From assembly GCA_048937405.1 (NCBI GenBank), contig JBHLNF010000005.1, positions 32,001 through 96,000 of the forward strand: a DNA stretch of 64,000 nucleotides. Reading direction: 5' to 3'. Each line of letters opens with the position of its first letter. The first letter of the stretch is position 1. The stretch comes from Promethearchaeota archaeon. Lineage in GTDB: Archaea; Asgardarchaeota; Lokiarchaeia; Sigyniarchaeales; SOKP01. This document shows positions 11,011-21,787 of this stretch, piece after piece. Both the position numbers and the translations under genes were made by a program. The notes under the pieces are model-generated. The model did not search any database. It was not told the DNA's origin and saw nothing but the letters and a program-made list of their open reading frames with translations.

Positions 11011-12255
11011 TTGGTAAAAAAATTTAAAATACCATGGGCTGCTTGGAGAGAACCTGAATTTATAGAATTAACTTTTCCAGATTTATGGAATGTATCATTA
11101 TATAAGATGAATGGTTCTGATGTACCAGAATTAAGTGAAAAAGAAATTGAACAATCTATTTTAAATCCTATTGGTACCCAAAATATATCTAAACTTGCTA
11201 AGGATAAATCTAATATAGTAATAGTTATCGATGATATGACAAGACCAACCCCCATCTCTAAAATACTTCCTTATGTTCTTAACGAATTAAAACAAGTAGA
11301 CATTAATGATGAGCAAATTACCATTTTACTAGCTGTTGGTGCACATAGGCCAATGACAAGACAAGATTGCATTCTTAAGTTAGGTAAAGATTTTGTTAAT
11401 AGATTCAAGATTGAAAATCATCATCCATATGAGAACTTAGAATATTTAGGGGAATCTTCAAGAGGAACACCTATCTATGTAAATAAAACATATTTAAATG
11501 CCGACTTAAGAATAACAATAGGTGGTGTAATTCCTCATCCCTTAGCTGGTTTTGGAGGAGGTGCCAAAATAGTTCTTCCAGGAGTGTGTGGAATAAAAAC
11601 ACTTGAAGCGAATCATTCTGCTAGTATGGGTGAAAAAGGAGGTGGAATTGGAAGAATGACGGATGCAAGAAGAGATATCGAAGAAATTGCTGAAAAAGTC
11701 GGTTTAGATTTTTCAATTAATGTTATTCTCTCTGATTATGGAAAAATCTCAAAGATGTTTTGTGGTCATTTTAAGGATGCACATAAAAAGGCAATGGAGT
11801 TTGGTAAACAATTTTATTCCACCAAGATTGATCAAAATAATCAAATTTGCTTTTTTAATTCTTATCCTGAAGATTCTGAGTTGAATCAAGCACAATACAA
11901 ACCATTTAACTTTTTAATATCAGCCCCAAGAACTACACTTGATAAAGAAGGTGCTATAGTTATCATGACATCCTCTTATGAAGGTCGTGGTTATCATAGT
12001 CTTTTAGGAGAAACGGGAACAGTTCTTTATAAGAATTTAGGAGATACTATAATTTGGGAGATTTTTGCTAATAATAGAAGAGTTTATCTTTTTTCTCCCA
12101 ATGTCAGCGAAAGTGATAAAAATCATTATTTTCCTAAATCTGTGAAATTATTTTATGATTGGAATGATTTGATTCAACAACTTGAAAAAGATTATGGAAG
12201 TTCCCCAAAGGCAGCTATTATTCCTAGTAGCATTCAGTTATGTGAAAGAGAATAA
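11011..12255 (+). CDS. larA: LarA-family nickel-pincer racemase/epimerase
   Basis: DDMTRPTP, AVGAHR, ENHH, GTPIYVNK, PHPLAGFGGGAKIVLPGV, ANH. Confidence 0.85.
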   Translation: MVKKFKIPWAAWREPEFIELTFPDLWNVSLYKMNGSDVPELSEKEIEQSILNPIGTQNISKLAKDKSNIVIVIDDMTRPTPISKILPYVLNELKQVDINDEQITILLAVGAHRPMTRQDCILKLGKDFVNRFKIENHHPYENLEYLGESSRGTPIYVNKTYLNADLRITIGGVIPHPLAGFGGGAKIVLPGVCGIKTLEANHSASMGEKGGGIGRMTDARRDIEEIAEKVGLDFSINVILSDYGKISKMFCGHFKDAHKKAMEFGKQFYSTKIDQNNQICFFNSYPEDSELNQAQYKPFNFLISAPRTTLDKEGAIVIMTSSYEGRGYHSLLGETGTVLYKNLGDTIIWEIFANNRRVYLFSPNVSESDKNHYFPKSVKLFYDWNDLIQQLEKDYGSSPKAAIIPSSIQLCERE

Positions 12256-12374
12256 AACAAATGTTAATAAATTTCTAATTTAGAATATTTTTCTAATATT
12301 ATTTTCCTCTGTCTACTTACTAAAATTTGAATCTATGAAAAAAAAAATAAGAGAATAATCATATTTTATTTAAA

Positions 12375-13637
12375 ATGGAAAAAGTTGAATTGCTTGCTCC
12401 AGCAAAAAATATAAAATCGATTAAAGCAGCCTCGAAATACGCTAATTCAGTCTATTTTGGAGTAAAGAATTTTAATATGAGAATGCGATCTGAAAATATT
12501 GCTTTAGAGAATTTAGATGAAGTTGTTAAATATTGTCATAATCAAGATTTAAAAGCATATTTAGCAACTAATATTTTAGTTTATGATAATGAAATTGAAT
12601 TTATTCGCAATATTATGAAAAAGGCAAAAGAAGTAGAAATTGATGCTGTTATTGTTCATGATTTCTCAACAATTCAGATTGCAAAAGAAAATAATATTCC
12701 ATTTCATATATCAACACAATGTAATGTGTCTAATTCTTTAGCTGCTAGATTTTTTGAAAACCTAGGGGCTGAACGCATTATTCTCGCAAGAGAATTATCT
12801 CTTGAGAAAATAAAAGAAATTAAAAGGAACTTGATTAATACTCAAATTGAAGCTTTTATTCATGGTGCAATGTGTACTTCTATTAGTGGTAGATGTTATT
12901 TTTCTCAAGACATTTGCGATACAGAAGAAAAATCTGCAAATAGAGGGAAATGTTTGCAGCCTTGTAGGAGAAAATGGTGGGTTAAGGAAGAATTTGGGAC
13001 CGAATATATTTATGATGGAGTTAGATTTATGAATTCAAGAGATTTATGTACAATAGCTTATATTCCTGAATTAATCGAAGCTAACATTGATGCTTTTAAG
13101 ATTGAAGGTCGGATGCGACATCCACACTACGTCGAAGTAGTAGCAAAATCTTATCGAGAAGCTATTGATGCGTATTATAACGGGACATTCACAAAAAAAA
13201 AAGTAGGAAAATGGGTAACTGAATTAAAGAAAGTCTATAACAGAGGATTTACTCCCGGATTTTATTTTAAAAGGATGACTGAGGAAGATCATCAACATAA
13301 ATCACCTACAAATTTATCTCATTATAGATATATCAGAGTGGGTCAAATTGAGGAATATAATCAAAATACTGGTTTCGCAAAAATTAAATTAGATAGGGGA
13401 TACATTACTCAAAATGATGATCTCATCATTATGGGTAATAATACAAATACCTATATTCATCAGGAAGCAAAGATAATTAAATTCAAGGAAAAAGAAGTAA
13501 AAAAAACTCCGCGAGGTACAAAAGAAACACCAATACTCGCAGAGTTAAAAATCAATGGTAATGTATTCAGTAATGGTAAAGATAAAATCTATATTTTTAC
13601 CGATAAAACCTACAAAAAAAAGAAATATTCATTATGA
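12375..13637 (+). CDS. Peptidase U32 family Fe-S protein (TrhP/RlhA-like RNA hydroxylation family)
   Basis: ELLAPA, HISTQ, ILARELS, HGAMCTSISGRC, NRGKCLQPCR, FKIEGRMR. Confidence 0.9.
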   Translation: MEKVELLAPAKNIKSIKAASKYANSVYFGVKNFNMRMRSENIALENLDEVVKYCHNQDLKAYLATNILVYDNEIEFIRNIMKKAKEVEIDAVIVHDFSTIQIAKENNIPFHISTQCNVSNSLAARFFENLGAERIILARELSLEKIKEIKRNLINTQIEAFIHGAMCTSISGRCYFSQDICDTEEKSANRGKCLQPCRRKWWVKEEFGTEYIYDGVRFMNSRDLCTIAYIPELIEANIDAFKIEGRMRHPHYVEVVAKSYREAIDAYYNGTFTKKKVGKWVTELKKVYNRGFTPGFYFKRMTEEDHQHKSPTNLSHYRYIRVGQIEEYNQNTGFAKIKLDRGYITQNDDLIIMGNNTNTYIHQEAKIIKFKEKEVKKTPRGTKETPILAELKINGNVFSNGKDKIYIFTDKTYKKKKYSL

Positions 13638-13682
13638 TTCCTAATATTATTTCAAGTATAATTAGATAAAAAAGGTTATTTT

Positions 13683-14600
13683 ATGGAAGAAAATAAAAAG
13701 AAAATTGTAGAATCTGTTCCTAATTTTAGTGAGGGAAAAGATGATAAAAAGATAGATTTAATTGTTTCTGAGATAAAAAATACTCCTAATACACGTATTG
13801 TTGATGTTCAGTATGATTCTGATTATAATAGAGCAGTTATTACATTTGTTGGTACTCCTAAGGCTGTTTTAAAAGCAAATATTAAAGCTGCAAAAAAAGC
13901 AATTGAATTAATTGATATGAATATGCATAAAGGTCAGCACCCTCGTATTGGTGCGGTTGATGTAGTTCCATTTGTTCCTGCTCAAAATGTTACAATGGAG
14001 GAATGTAAGGAATTATCTATAAAATTTGCTGAAGAAATGGCAAAGGAAGAGATTCCAGTTTATCTTTATGAGGAATCTGCTCGAAAAATGGAAAGAAAAA
14101 ATATTGATAATATCCGAAAAGGAGAATATGAAAAGCTTAAAGAAGCTATAAAAATCGACCCTGAAAAAAAACCTGACTTTGGTCCTTCAGAATTTCATCC
14201 TACTGCTGGTGCAATAATAACTGGAGCAAGAAATCCCTTAATTAGTTTCAATATTAATTTAGGTACCAAGGAAGTAAGAATAGCTAAAGAAATAGCTAAG
14301 GCTATACATTTAAACTCAGGAGGCTTAGTAAATATAAAAGCCATGGGTACAGAACTAAAAAATCGAGATTATGTTCAAGTGGGGATTTCGAATATAAATT
14401 TTAGAAAAACACCTTTGTATAGACAAATGGAACTAGTAAGAATGGAAGCTGATCGATATGGTGTACCCGTAATAAGCTCTGAATTAGTTGGTGTATTACC
14501 ATTAGAAGCAGTTCTTAATTCATTAGAGTATTATTTAAAACTTAGAACGCCAGAAAAATTAAAAAAAAAACATTTATTAGAATCCTATTTTGACTTTTAA
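13683..14600 (+). CDS. ftcD: Glutamate formiminotransferase (FTCD N-terminal part only)
   Basis: ESVPNFSEG, DYNRAVIT, HKGQHPRIGAVDVVPFVP, PVYLYE, PDFGP, GARNPLI, SELVG. Confidence 0.93.
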   Translation: MEENKKKIVESVPNFSEGKDDKKIDLIVSEIKNTPNTRIVDVQYDSDYNRAVITFVGTPKAVLKANIKAAKKAIELIDMNMHKGQHPRIGAVDVVPFVPAQNVTMEECKELSIKFAEEMAKEEIPVYLYEESARKMERKNIDNIRKGEYEKLKEAIKIDPEKKPDFGPSEFHPTAGAIITGARNPLISFNINLGTKEVRIAKEIAKAIHLNSGGLVNIKAMGTELKNRDYVQVGISNINFRKTPLYRQMELVRMEADRYGVPVISSELVGVLPLEAVLNSLEYYLKLRTPEKLKKKHLLESYFDF

Positions 14601-14613
14601 AATGTGAATTTAA

Positions 14614-15921
14614 TTAATCATTATCTACAATTATTTTACCATTTTTTATAACTTTAGAAACCAAGTTTACTCCAAAATGATAAGGTATGAAATAATAATT
14701 AGGTACATCGAAAACTATTAAATCTGCCTTTTTACCTATTTCAAGACTTCCAATTTCATCCTGTTTTTGAATTGCACAAGCAGCATTAATAGTTGCTGCA
14801 GTAAGTGCTTCTGCTGGTGTAAGTTTCATATGATAACAGGCTAATGCCATGACCATTTGCATTGATTCTGTCCAGCAATTCGGATTGAGATCAGTAGCTA
14901 AAGCAATAGGTATTTCGAATTCAATCATCTTTCTCGCGGAGGCATACTCATCCAACATTAGGCAAAATGGTGTTCCTGGTAGAAGGGTAGCTATAACTCC
15001 AGCTTCAGCCATTGCTTTTAAACCATCATCATTAGATTTTAATAAATGTCCTGTTTGTATTGCTTTAATTTCGGAAGCTAATAATGCACCATTAGTATCT
15101 ACAATCTCATCAATATGAATCTGAGGTTTTAATCCATATCTAATTGCTGTTTTTAATATTTTTCGGGTTTGTTTTATTGAAAAAATATCTTTTTCACAAA
15201 AAACATCGCAAAACTCAGCAAGACCTTGTTTAGCGATTTTTGGTATCATTTCTGATACTATTAATTCAACATATTTATCTGGTTTATTCTTAAATTCTGG
15301 TGGTATTGCATGAGCACCTAAGAATGTTGGAATTAGATCTAAAGGGTGTTCTTCATTTAGAATTTGAATAGCTTCTAATTGTTTTATTTCGCTTTCAGTA
15401 GTTAATCCATAACCAGATTTTACTTCAACTGTAGTAGTCCCATAACTCATCATTCTATCTAAGATGACTTTTCCATTTTTTACCAATTTTTCTAATGAAG
15501 CCTTTCTAGTTTCTCGAACAGTTTTTAAAATGCCTCCACCTTCATTTAAAATATCTAAATATGTCATTCCTTTAAGTTTCATAGAAAGCTCGTCTTCACG
15601 AGTACCATCAAAAATGATATGAGTATGTGGATCAATAAAGCCTGGGATTACCAACTTGTTTGTGGCATCAATTTTAGTTGGAATTTTACCAAATTCATAT
15701 TTTGACATTAATTCTTCTGTTGTACCAATAAAGATAATTCTATCTGCTTTTATTGCTAATGCTCCATCGTTAATAGTTGCTAATTTTGACATACTATTCC
15801 CGATTCTAGGAGCACCATATCTAGTATTCATTGTAACAAGTTCATTAACATTAAATATGACTAGATCTGGATCAGTTTTTGAAAAAATTTCTTTTTTTGC
15901 ATAAGTTGAGGCTACAAACAA
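14614..15921 (-). CDS. hutI: Imidazolonepropionase
   Basis: PGFIDPHTH, GGGILKTV, GTTTVEVKSGYGL, TFLGAHA, DVFCE, ALATDLNP, GSLEIGKKAD. Confidence 0.95.
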   Translation of the reverse strand: MFVASTYAKKEIFSKTDPDLVIFNVNELVTMNTRYGAPRIGNSMSKLATINDGALAIKADRIIFIGTTEELMSKYEFGKIPTKIDATNKLVIPGFIDPHTHIIFDGTREDELSMKLKGMTYLDILNEGGGILKTVRETRKASLEKLVKNGKVILDRMMSYGTTTVEVKSGYGLTTESEIKQLEAIQILNEEHPLDLIPTFLGAHAIPPEFKNKPDKYVELIVSEMIPKIAKQGLAEFCDVFCEKDIFSIKQTRKILKTAIRYGLKPQIHIDEIVDTNGALLASEIKAIQTGHLLKSNDDGLKAMAEAGVIATLLPGTPFCLMLDEYASARKMIEFEIPIALATDLNPNCWTESMQMVMALACYHMKLTPAEALTAATINAACAIQKQDEIGSLEIGKKADLIVFDVPNYYFIPYHFGVNLVSKVIKNGKIIVDND

Positions 15922-15922
15922 A

Positions 15923-17449
15923 TTAATCTCCTTCTTTTATTTTTTGAATTATATTTAGTAGATGATTATTTCTTATAATTTCAACCAATAAGTTCATATA
16001 ATCATTTAATAAAGTATCTTCTTTAATATGCGGAATTCTATCTCGTATATATTGATGGCATTTCTCGATAATTTCACTGGATTTTAAAGGCCTCCTAAAA
16101 TCTATAGCTTGACATGCACATAATAATTCAATAGCTAAGATTTTTTCAAGATTATCTAAAATATTAATGGCTTTTCTAGCGCTAATTGGAGCCATACTAA
16201 CATGATCTTCCTGTCCCGATCCTGTGGGGATGCTATCAACACTAGCAGGAAAGCATAATGATTTATTTTCACTAACTAATGCTGCAGATGTATATTGTGT
16301 TATCATAAATCCAGAATTGAGACCCGCATTTTCTATTAAATTTGGAGGTAAACCCCATTTTCCTTCTAATAATAAAAAAATACGACGATCTGAGATATTA
16401 CCAATTTCAGATGCTGCCATACTTACATAATCTAAAGGTAAAGCGAGAGGTTGACCATGAAAATTTCCCCCACTATACGTCTCAAGTTCATTAAAAATAA
16501 CGGGATTATCAGTTACAGAGTTTAATTCACATTCCAAGATATCGTTCAAATGCATTAATGCGTCCCTAGAAGCCCCATGAACTTGTGGAATACATCGAAT
16601 GGAATATGGATCTTGAACACGTCCACAGTCCTTATGTGATTCGACCAATTCTGAGTTTTTTAGGTAATTTCTCATTCTTTCTGCTACTATTAGTGCTCCT
16701 TTGTGAGGTCGTAACTTTATTAACTTTTCAGCAAAAGGTTGATGGGATGCTAAATAGCTTTCAAGGGTAATTGCCCCAATTAAATCTGCATGATTAAGAC
16801 AATCAAGAAATTTCTCAGATACTTTTATAGCATGTGCTGTAGTAAATTGTGTACCATTAATCAAAGCCAAACCTTCCTTTGCCTGCAATTTTATTGGTTT
16901 TAATTTATTCTCATTCAAAACTTTCTCAGTTGGTCTATAGCTTTTATTATCTTTAGAAAGAAAACCTAATCCAATTAAAGGTAAAAAAAGATGAGCTAAT
17001 GGAGCAAGATCTCCTGAAGCCCCTACAGAACCTTGTTCAGGAACAAATGGGATAAAATTATTGTTAATGTGCCATAATATTCTTTCTATTACTTCTAAGG
17101 AAATTCCTGAATATCCTATGCATAACGCATGGACTTTTAATATTAACATTAATTTTGATAATTCTTGTTCTATTGGTGGTCCAACTCCTACACTATGGCT
17201 CTTAAGTAAATTCTCCTGTAATTTCGATGATTCTTCTCTAGTTATTCTTGTGGTACAAAGAGATCCAAATCCAGTATTAATACTATAAACCAATTTTGAA
17301 CCTTTAACTATCGATTGGATAGCATCATGATTTTTAATTATCCGCTCTTTAACTTCATTAGAAATGATACCTTTTAGGAATCCCCTTGCTATATTTAAAG
17401 CTTTATCAACTGTAAGGTGGTCCTTCCCGAATATGAAATATTCTTTCAT
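15923..17449 (-). CDS. hutH: Histidine ammonia-lyase
   Basis: YSINTGFG, MIO-forming GASGDLAPLAH, KEGLALING, QDPYSIRC, SGGNFHG, QEDHVSM. Confidence 0.96.
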   Translation of the reverse strand: MKEYFIFGKDHLTVDKALNIARGFLKGIISNEVKERIIKNHDAIQSIVKGSKLVYSINTGFGSLCTTRITREESSKLQENLLKSHSVGVGPPIEQELSKLMLILKVHALCIGYSGISLEVIERILWHINNNFIPFVPEQGSVGASGDLAPLAHLFLPLIGLGFLSKDNKSYRPTEKVLNENKLKPIKLQAKEGLALINGTQFTTAHAIKVSEKFLDCLNHADLIGAITLESYLASHQPFAEKLIKLRPHKGALIVAERMRNYLKNSELVESHKDCGRVQDPYSIRCIPQVHGASRDALMHLNDILECELNSVTDNPVIFNELETYSGGNFHGQPLALPLDYVSMAASEIGNISDRRIFLLLEGKWGLPPNLIENAGLNSGFMITQYTSAALVSENKSLCFPASVDSIPTGSGQEDHVSMAPISARKAINILDNLEKILAIELLCACQAIDFRRPLKSSEIIEKCHQYIRDRIPHIKEDTLLNDYMNLLVEIIRNNHLLNIIQKIKEGD

Positions 17450-17537
17450 TATAAATCACATTCTTTATATGATTATAATATAAGATTAAAAGTCCAATAT
17501 TATTCAAACCTAAAAATATTTGACAAATAAATTCAAT

Positions 17538-19583
17538 TTATTTTTCATTTAAATTTTTTAAAAAATTAACTATAACATTATCTAATAGTTTGTCTTCTGC
17601 TATAAATGGAAGTGTTAAATGACCTCTGTTTTCATTTTCAACATTCCAATTATAAGCTGTTTCAAATGCATTGGGATTTCTAGCCCAACTCCTTCTAGCA
17701 ATACCACCCATTACATCCCATTCTAAAGCATTTTTGATAATATTATCAACTTTTTCTGTCCCATCCAATACTAGACCGAATCCTCCATTAAAGCACTTTC
17801 CAATACCAACTCCACCTCCATTTGAAAGAACTACATAAGTCATTCCTCGAATTGAGTTTCCTACAAAACAATGAATTGCCATTTCTGCCATTACATTACT
17901 TCCATCTCTGATATTTGATGTTTCTCTAAAAGGAGAATCTGTTCCAGAAACATCATGATGATCTCTCCCTAGCATTATTGGTCCAATTTCTCCTTTTCTT
18001 ATCAAATTATTAAATTTGAGAGCAATATCAATACGTTCTTTAGCATCAGCATATAAAATTCTCGCTTTAGTACCAATAACTAGTTTATTGTTTTTAGCAT
18101 TTTTTATCCAAAAATAATTATCTCTATCTTGTGCTCTTCTTTCTGGGTTTATACTACTCATAGCGGCTTGATCAGTTATATCTAAGTCTTCTTCTTTTCC
18201 TGAAAGACAAACCCATCTAAAAGGTCCAAATCCATAATCAAAGCAAATTGGACCCATTATATCTTCCACATATGACGGAAAAATAAAGCCTTCTGAAGTA
18301 TCTACACCATTTTTTGTAATGTTTTTCGCTCCAGCATCGAATACAGCTTTTAAAAAGGAATTTCCATAATCCCAGAAATATGTACCTCTTTCCTTCATTA
18401 TTTTAATAAGTCTAAATTGTTCCTTTAAAGAAATATCTACAAGTTCTTTGAACTGATTTAAATTATTCTTGATTAATTCTCTTCCTTCATTAAAACTTAT
18501 TTGAAAAGGAGTGTAACCTCCATTATAAACGGCATGACAGGAAGTTTGATCTGAGGATAATTCTACTTTTATATTGTTTTCGACAACATATTTCCATAAA
18601 TTAACAACATTTCCATGGTATGCTATTGATAGAGGTCTTTCCGATTTTCTTGCATCATCAACCCATTTAAATATCTCTTCTAAATCGTCAGAAATTCGAG
18701 ATAACCATCCTTGATCATATCTAGTTTTGATTCTAGATTCATCCACTTCTGCGATAACACCAATCCCACCAGCAATTTCTATTGCTTTAGCTTGAGCTCC
18801 GCTCATTCCGCCTAGACCTGAAGAGAGATATAAGATTCCTCTTAAATCTTTATCATAAGGAATATTTAGATATAATCTACCCGTATTTAATAACGTAATA
18901 TATGTACCATGAACAATCCCTTGAGGTCCAATATACATCCATCCTCCAGCAGTCATTTGTCCATAATTGGCAACTCCTAGAGCTGCTGCGAGATTAAAAT
19001 CATCTTGATTATCAAACATTCCTACCATTAAACCATTTGTAGAAATTACCCTTGGAGCCATTATTGAGGTTGGGAATAATCCCACTGGATGTCCAGAAGC
19101 AATTACTAAAGTCTGTTTTTCTGTCATTTTTTCAAGATACATCTTTACTAAGCGATATTGCATCCAATTTTGAAACACTTGACCAGTTTCACCATATGTT
19201 GTCAACTCATAAGGATAGAGAGCTACATTAAAATCAAGATTATTATCAATCATTACTTGCAGGGCTTTTCCCTCCAATGTATTTCCAAAGTATTCTTCAA
19301 TAGGTTTTGCTTTAATATTTCCTTCCGGTCTATATCGATATCCATAAATTCTTCCCCTTGTAACTAATTCTTCTAAGAATTCTGGAGCTAATTTTTCATG
19401 TAATGATGGATGGATGTATCTCAAACAGTTTTTTAAGGCTAATTTCGTCTGATTAGGATTAAGAAAATAACCTCTTGATGGAGCTCTTCTTATACCGTCG
19501 ACAAATTTAGGGTATTGTGGTACTTCTTCGGGTAATTTAATCTTCAAAGCCTTTGAAATATTCATAGTTAATTCTAACCCCAT
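17538..19583 (-). CDS. hutU: Urocanate hydratase (long, about 680-aa form)
   Basis: PYELTTYG, GQMTAGGWMYIGPQGIVHGT, SGLGGMSGAQ, SDQTSCH, GFGPFRWVCLSG, GRDHHDVSGTDSPFRET. Confidence 0.96.
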   Translation of the reverse strand: MGLELTMNISKALKIKLPEEVPQYPKFVDGIRRAPSRGYFLNPNQTKLALKNCLRYIHPSLHEKLAPEFLEELVTRGRIYGYRYRPEGNIKAKPIEEYFGNTLEGKALQVMIDNNLDFNVALYPYELTTYGETGQVFQNWMQYRLVKMYLEKMTEKQTLVIASGHPVGLFPTSIMAPRVISTNGLMVGMFDNQDDFNLAAALGVANYGQMTAGGWMYIGPQGIVHGTYITLLNTGRLYLNIPYDKDLRGILYLSSGLGGMSGAQAKAIEIAGGIGVIAEVDESRIKTRYDQGWLSRISDDLEEIFKWVDDARKSERPLSIAYHGNVVNLWKYVVENNIKVELSSDQTSCHAVYNGGYTPFQISFNEGRELIKNNLNQFKELVDISLKEQFRLIKIMKERGTYFWDYGNSFLKAVFDAGAKNITKNGVDTSEGFIFPSYVEDIMGPICFDYGFGPFRWVCLSGKEEDLDITDQAAMSSINPERRAQDRDNYFWIKNAKNNKLVIGTKARILYADAKERIDIALKFNNLIRKGEIGPIMLGRDHHDVSGTDSPFRETSNIRDGSNVMAEMAIHCFVGNSIRGMTYVVLSNGGGVGIGKCFNGGFGLVLDGTEKVDNIIKNALEWDVMGGIARRSWARNPNAFETAYNWNVENENRGHLTLPFIAEDKLLDNVIVNFLKNLNEK

Positions 19584-19667
19584 TTACTATTTAAATTATA
19601 TTATAACAAATAATAGAGAAATAATTACGAATATTTTTATTTTCTCAATAAAAAAAATAGTTAAGTA

Positions 19668-21401
19668 TTATTTTAAGATTTTAATCCCCTTAACTTCCAA
19701 TTTATGTAAAAAATCAAGATAACCTTTAAGATTATTTTTCTCAATATTAAGATATTTAAGAGATGGCAGGAATTCAAGTGTTAAGGGTAATTCACTTAAA
19801 TAATTTGTTCTTAAAAATAAATATTTTAAAGATTTCACATAACCAATAGATTCAGGAAGTTTGGATAACTTATTGTTTCCTAAATATAGATATTTTAATG
19901 ATTGTAAGGATCCTATAGTCTCAGGTAATTCTTTTAACTCATTATAGTAAAGATATAAATGTTTAATAGAAGTTAGAGCTCCTATAGATTGAGGTAGTTC
20001 TTTTAAGTAATTTTTACCTAAATCAAGTATTTCTAAAGTTGTTAAAAATCCCATAGATTTAGGAATAGTTTCTAAACGGTTGAACCCTAAGATTAAAGTT
20101 TTTATTAAAGGAAGTTTCCCAATTGATTCAGGGATACTTATCAAATGGTTAGTAGATATATCTAATTCTATTAGTGAGTTCAATAATCCTATAGACTCTG
20201 GAATTTTTTTTAATTGATTCTTACTTAAATCTAAAATCTCAAGCGAAGGGAGTCTTCCAATTGAATCTGGTAATTTAATTAATTTATTATCATATAAATT
20301 TAATTCTTTTAAGGTTTTTAAAGAACTTATTGATTCAGGAAGTACTTCAATATTATTCATTTCAAGATTTAATATTTCAATATTAATAAGATCTCCTATA
20401 GAATCTGGAAGATCCATTAAATTGTTATGATCACATCTTAAAAATCTAAGATTAGAAAGCTTACCTATAGATAATGGGAGGGAAATTAATTCATTATTTG
20501 AAAGTTCTAATCGAAGCAATGAGTTTAAGTTTCCAATTGATTCGGGAATCCTTTTTAATTTATTTGAAGATAGGCTTAAACTTTCTAAAGAATATAATGA
20601 TCCAATTGACTCTGGAAGACTTTTTAACATATTTGATGTCAAACCTAGATAGATAAGGTTACCTAATTCTCCAATAGTATTTGGTAATTTTACAATTTTA
20701 TTTCCTTTTAAGAATAATGAAGTCAGAAATGGTAATTTGCCTATAGTATCTGGTAATTCAGTTAAATTATTATTTCGTAAGTTTAATCTTTTTAGTGAAG
20801 ACAGATTTTGAATTGTTCTAGGAAGCTCTTGTAATTGATTATTTCCTAAATATAATAATTCTAAAGATTCTAATTGCCCTATTGATTCAGGTAATGCATT
20901 AATACTATTTCTACTTAAATCCAAAGTCTTTAATTTATTCATTTTACCTAGTGTAGATGGAATAATCTCTAATTCATTTTCACTTAGATCTAACAATTCT
21001 AGATTTGATAGATCCCCCAATGATTCTGGTAAATTTATTAGATGATTCGATTCCAAATGCAATTCTCTTAATTGATTAAGAGAACTAATCGTCTTAGGTA
21101 GACTAGCTAAATCATTCTCACTTAGATCTAAGATCTTTAGAGAAGAGAGAGAAAATAAATCATCTGAAACATCGATTAAATTATTACCTCTCAAATATAA
21201 ATGTTCAAGTGATGTAAATGCCTTTATTTCTTCTGGAATATCAGAAACTTTGCAAGAATATAAGCTTAAGCCAGTAATATGTTGATCTCGGAGAAAATAC
21301 CCAAATGAATAACGTTCTAATGGAGATATCTCTAATAACGATTCTCCAATCTGTTCTTCAATAACTTTTAATGCATTTTGCTGTTCTTCTAAAATTGTCA
21401 T
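19668..21401 (-). CDS. Leucine-rich repeat protein (more than 20 tandem 23-aa repeats)
   Basis: Regular LxxLPxSIGxLxxLxxLxLxxNx repeats across nearly the whole protein, with short N- and C-caps. Confidence 0.95.
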   Translation of the reverse strand: MTILEEQQNALKVIEEQIGESLLEISPLERYSFGYFLRDQHITGLSLYSCKVSDIPEEIKAFTSLEHLYLRGNNLIDVSDDLFSLSSLKILDLSENDLASLPKTISSLNQLRELHLESNHLINLPESLGDLSNLELLDLSENELEIIPSTLGKMNKLKTLDLSRNSINALPESIGQLESLELLYLGNNQLQELPRTIQNLSSLKRLNLRNNNLTELPDTIGKLPFLTSLFLKGNKIVKLPNTIGELGNLIYLGLTSNMLKSLPESIGSLYSLESLSLSSNKLKRIPESIGNLNSLLRLELSNNELISLPLSIGKLSNLRFLRCDHNNLMDLPDSIGDLINIEILNLEMNNIEVLPESISSLKTLKELNLYDNKLIKLPDSIGRLPSLEILDLSKNQLKKIPESIGLLNSLIELDISTNHLISIPESIGKLPLIKTLILGFNRLETIPKSMGFLTTLEILDLGKNYLKELPQSIGALTSIKHLYLYYNELKELPETIGSLQSLKYLYLGNNKLSKLPESIGYVKSLKYLFLRTNYLSELPLTLEFLPSLKYLNIEKNNLKGYLDFLHKLEVKGIKILK

Positions 21402-21787
21402 TTTTTTACTGTTTTTACTTAATAGTAATTTAGAAGAAAAATTAGTGATACTTTAAAAAATAATATAATGTGCTCATATTTATGTTTATTATTTTAGAAA
21501 TCTATGATAATTCAAATAATTTTTATAAAGTTAGATGAAAATATCATTAAGAGATTCAATTTGAGAATCACTTCTTTTACTTAATAACTATAAGAAAAAT
21601 ATCTATAGATATTTTCTTTAAAATAACTTCTAAATACCATAATACAATTAAGATCATAATAAAATTAGAAATTTTTAGTAGATCAAAAAAAAGTTAAAAT
21701 ACTTAATTAGAAAATATTTTTTTATGATTTTATAAAATCTATCTTCAACATTCTTTTTAACTTGATATTCTTCTTATGAAAAAAAGC

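Noticed and set aside
19668-21401. Periodic DNA repeats suggesting a CRISPR or tandem array
   Set aside because: The 69-nt periodicity is explained by LRR coding repeats; there are no identical repeats with unique spacers and no cas genes
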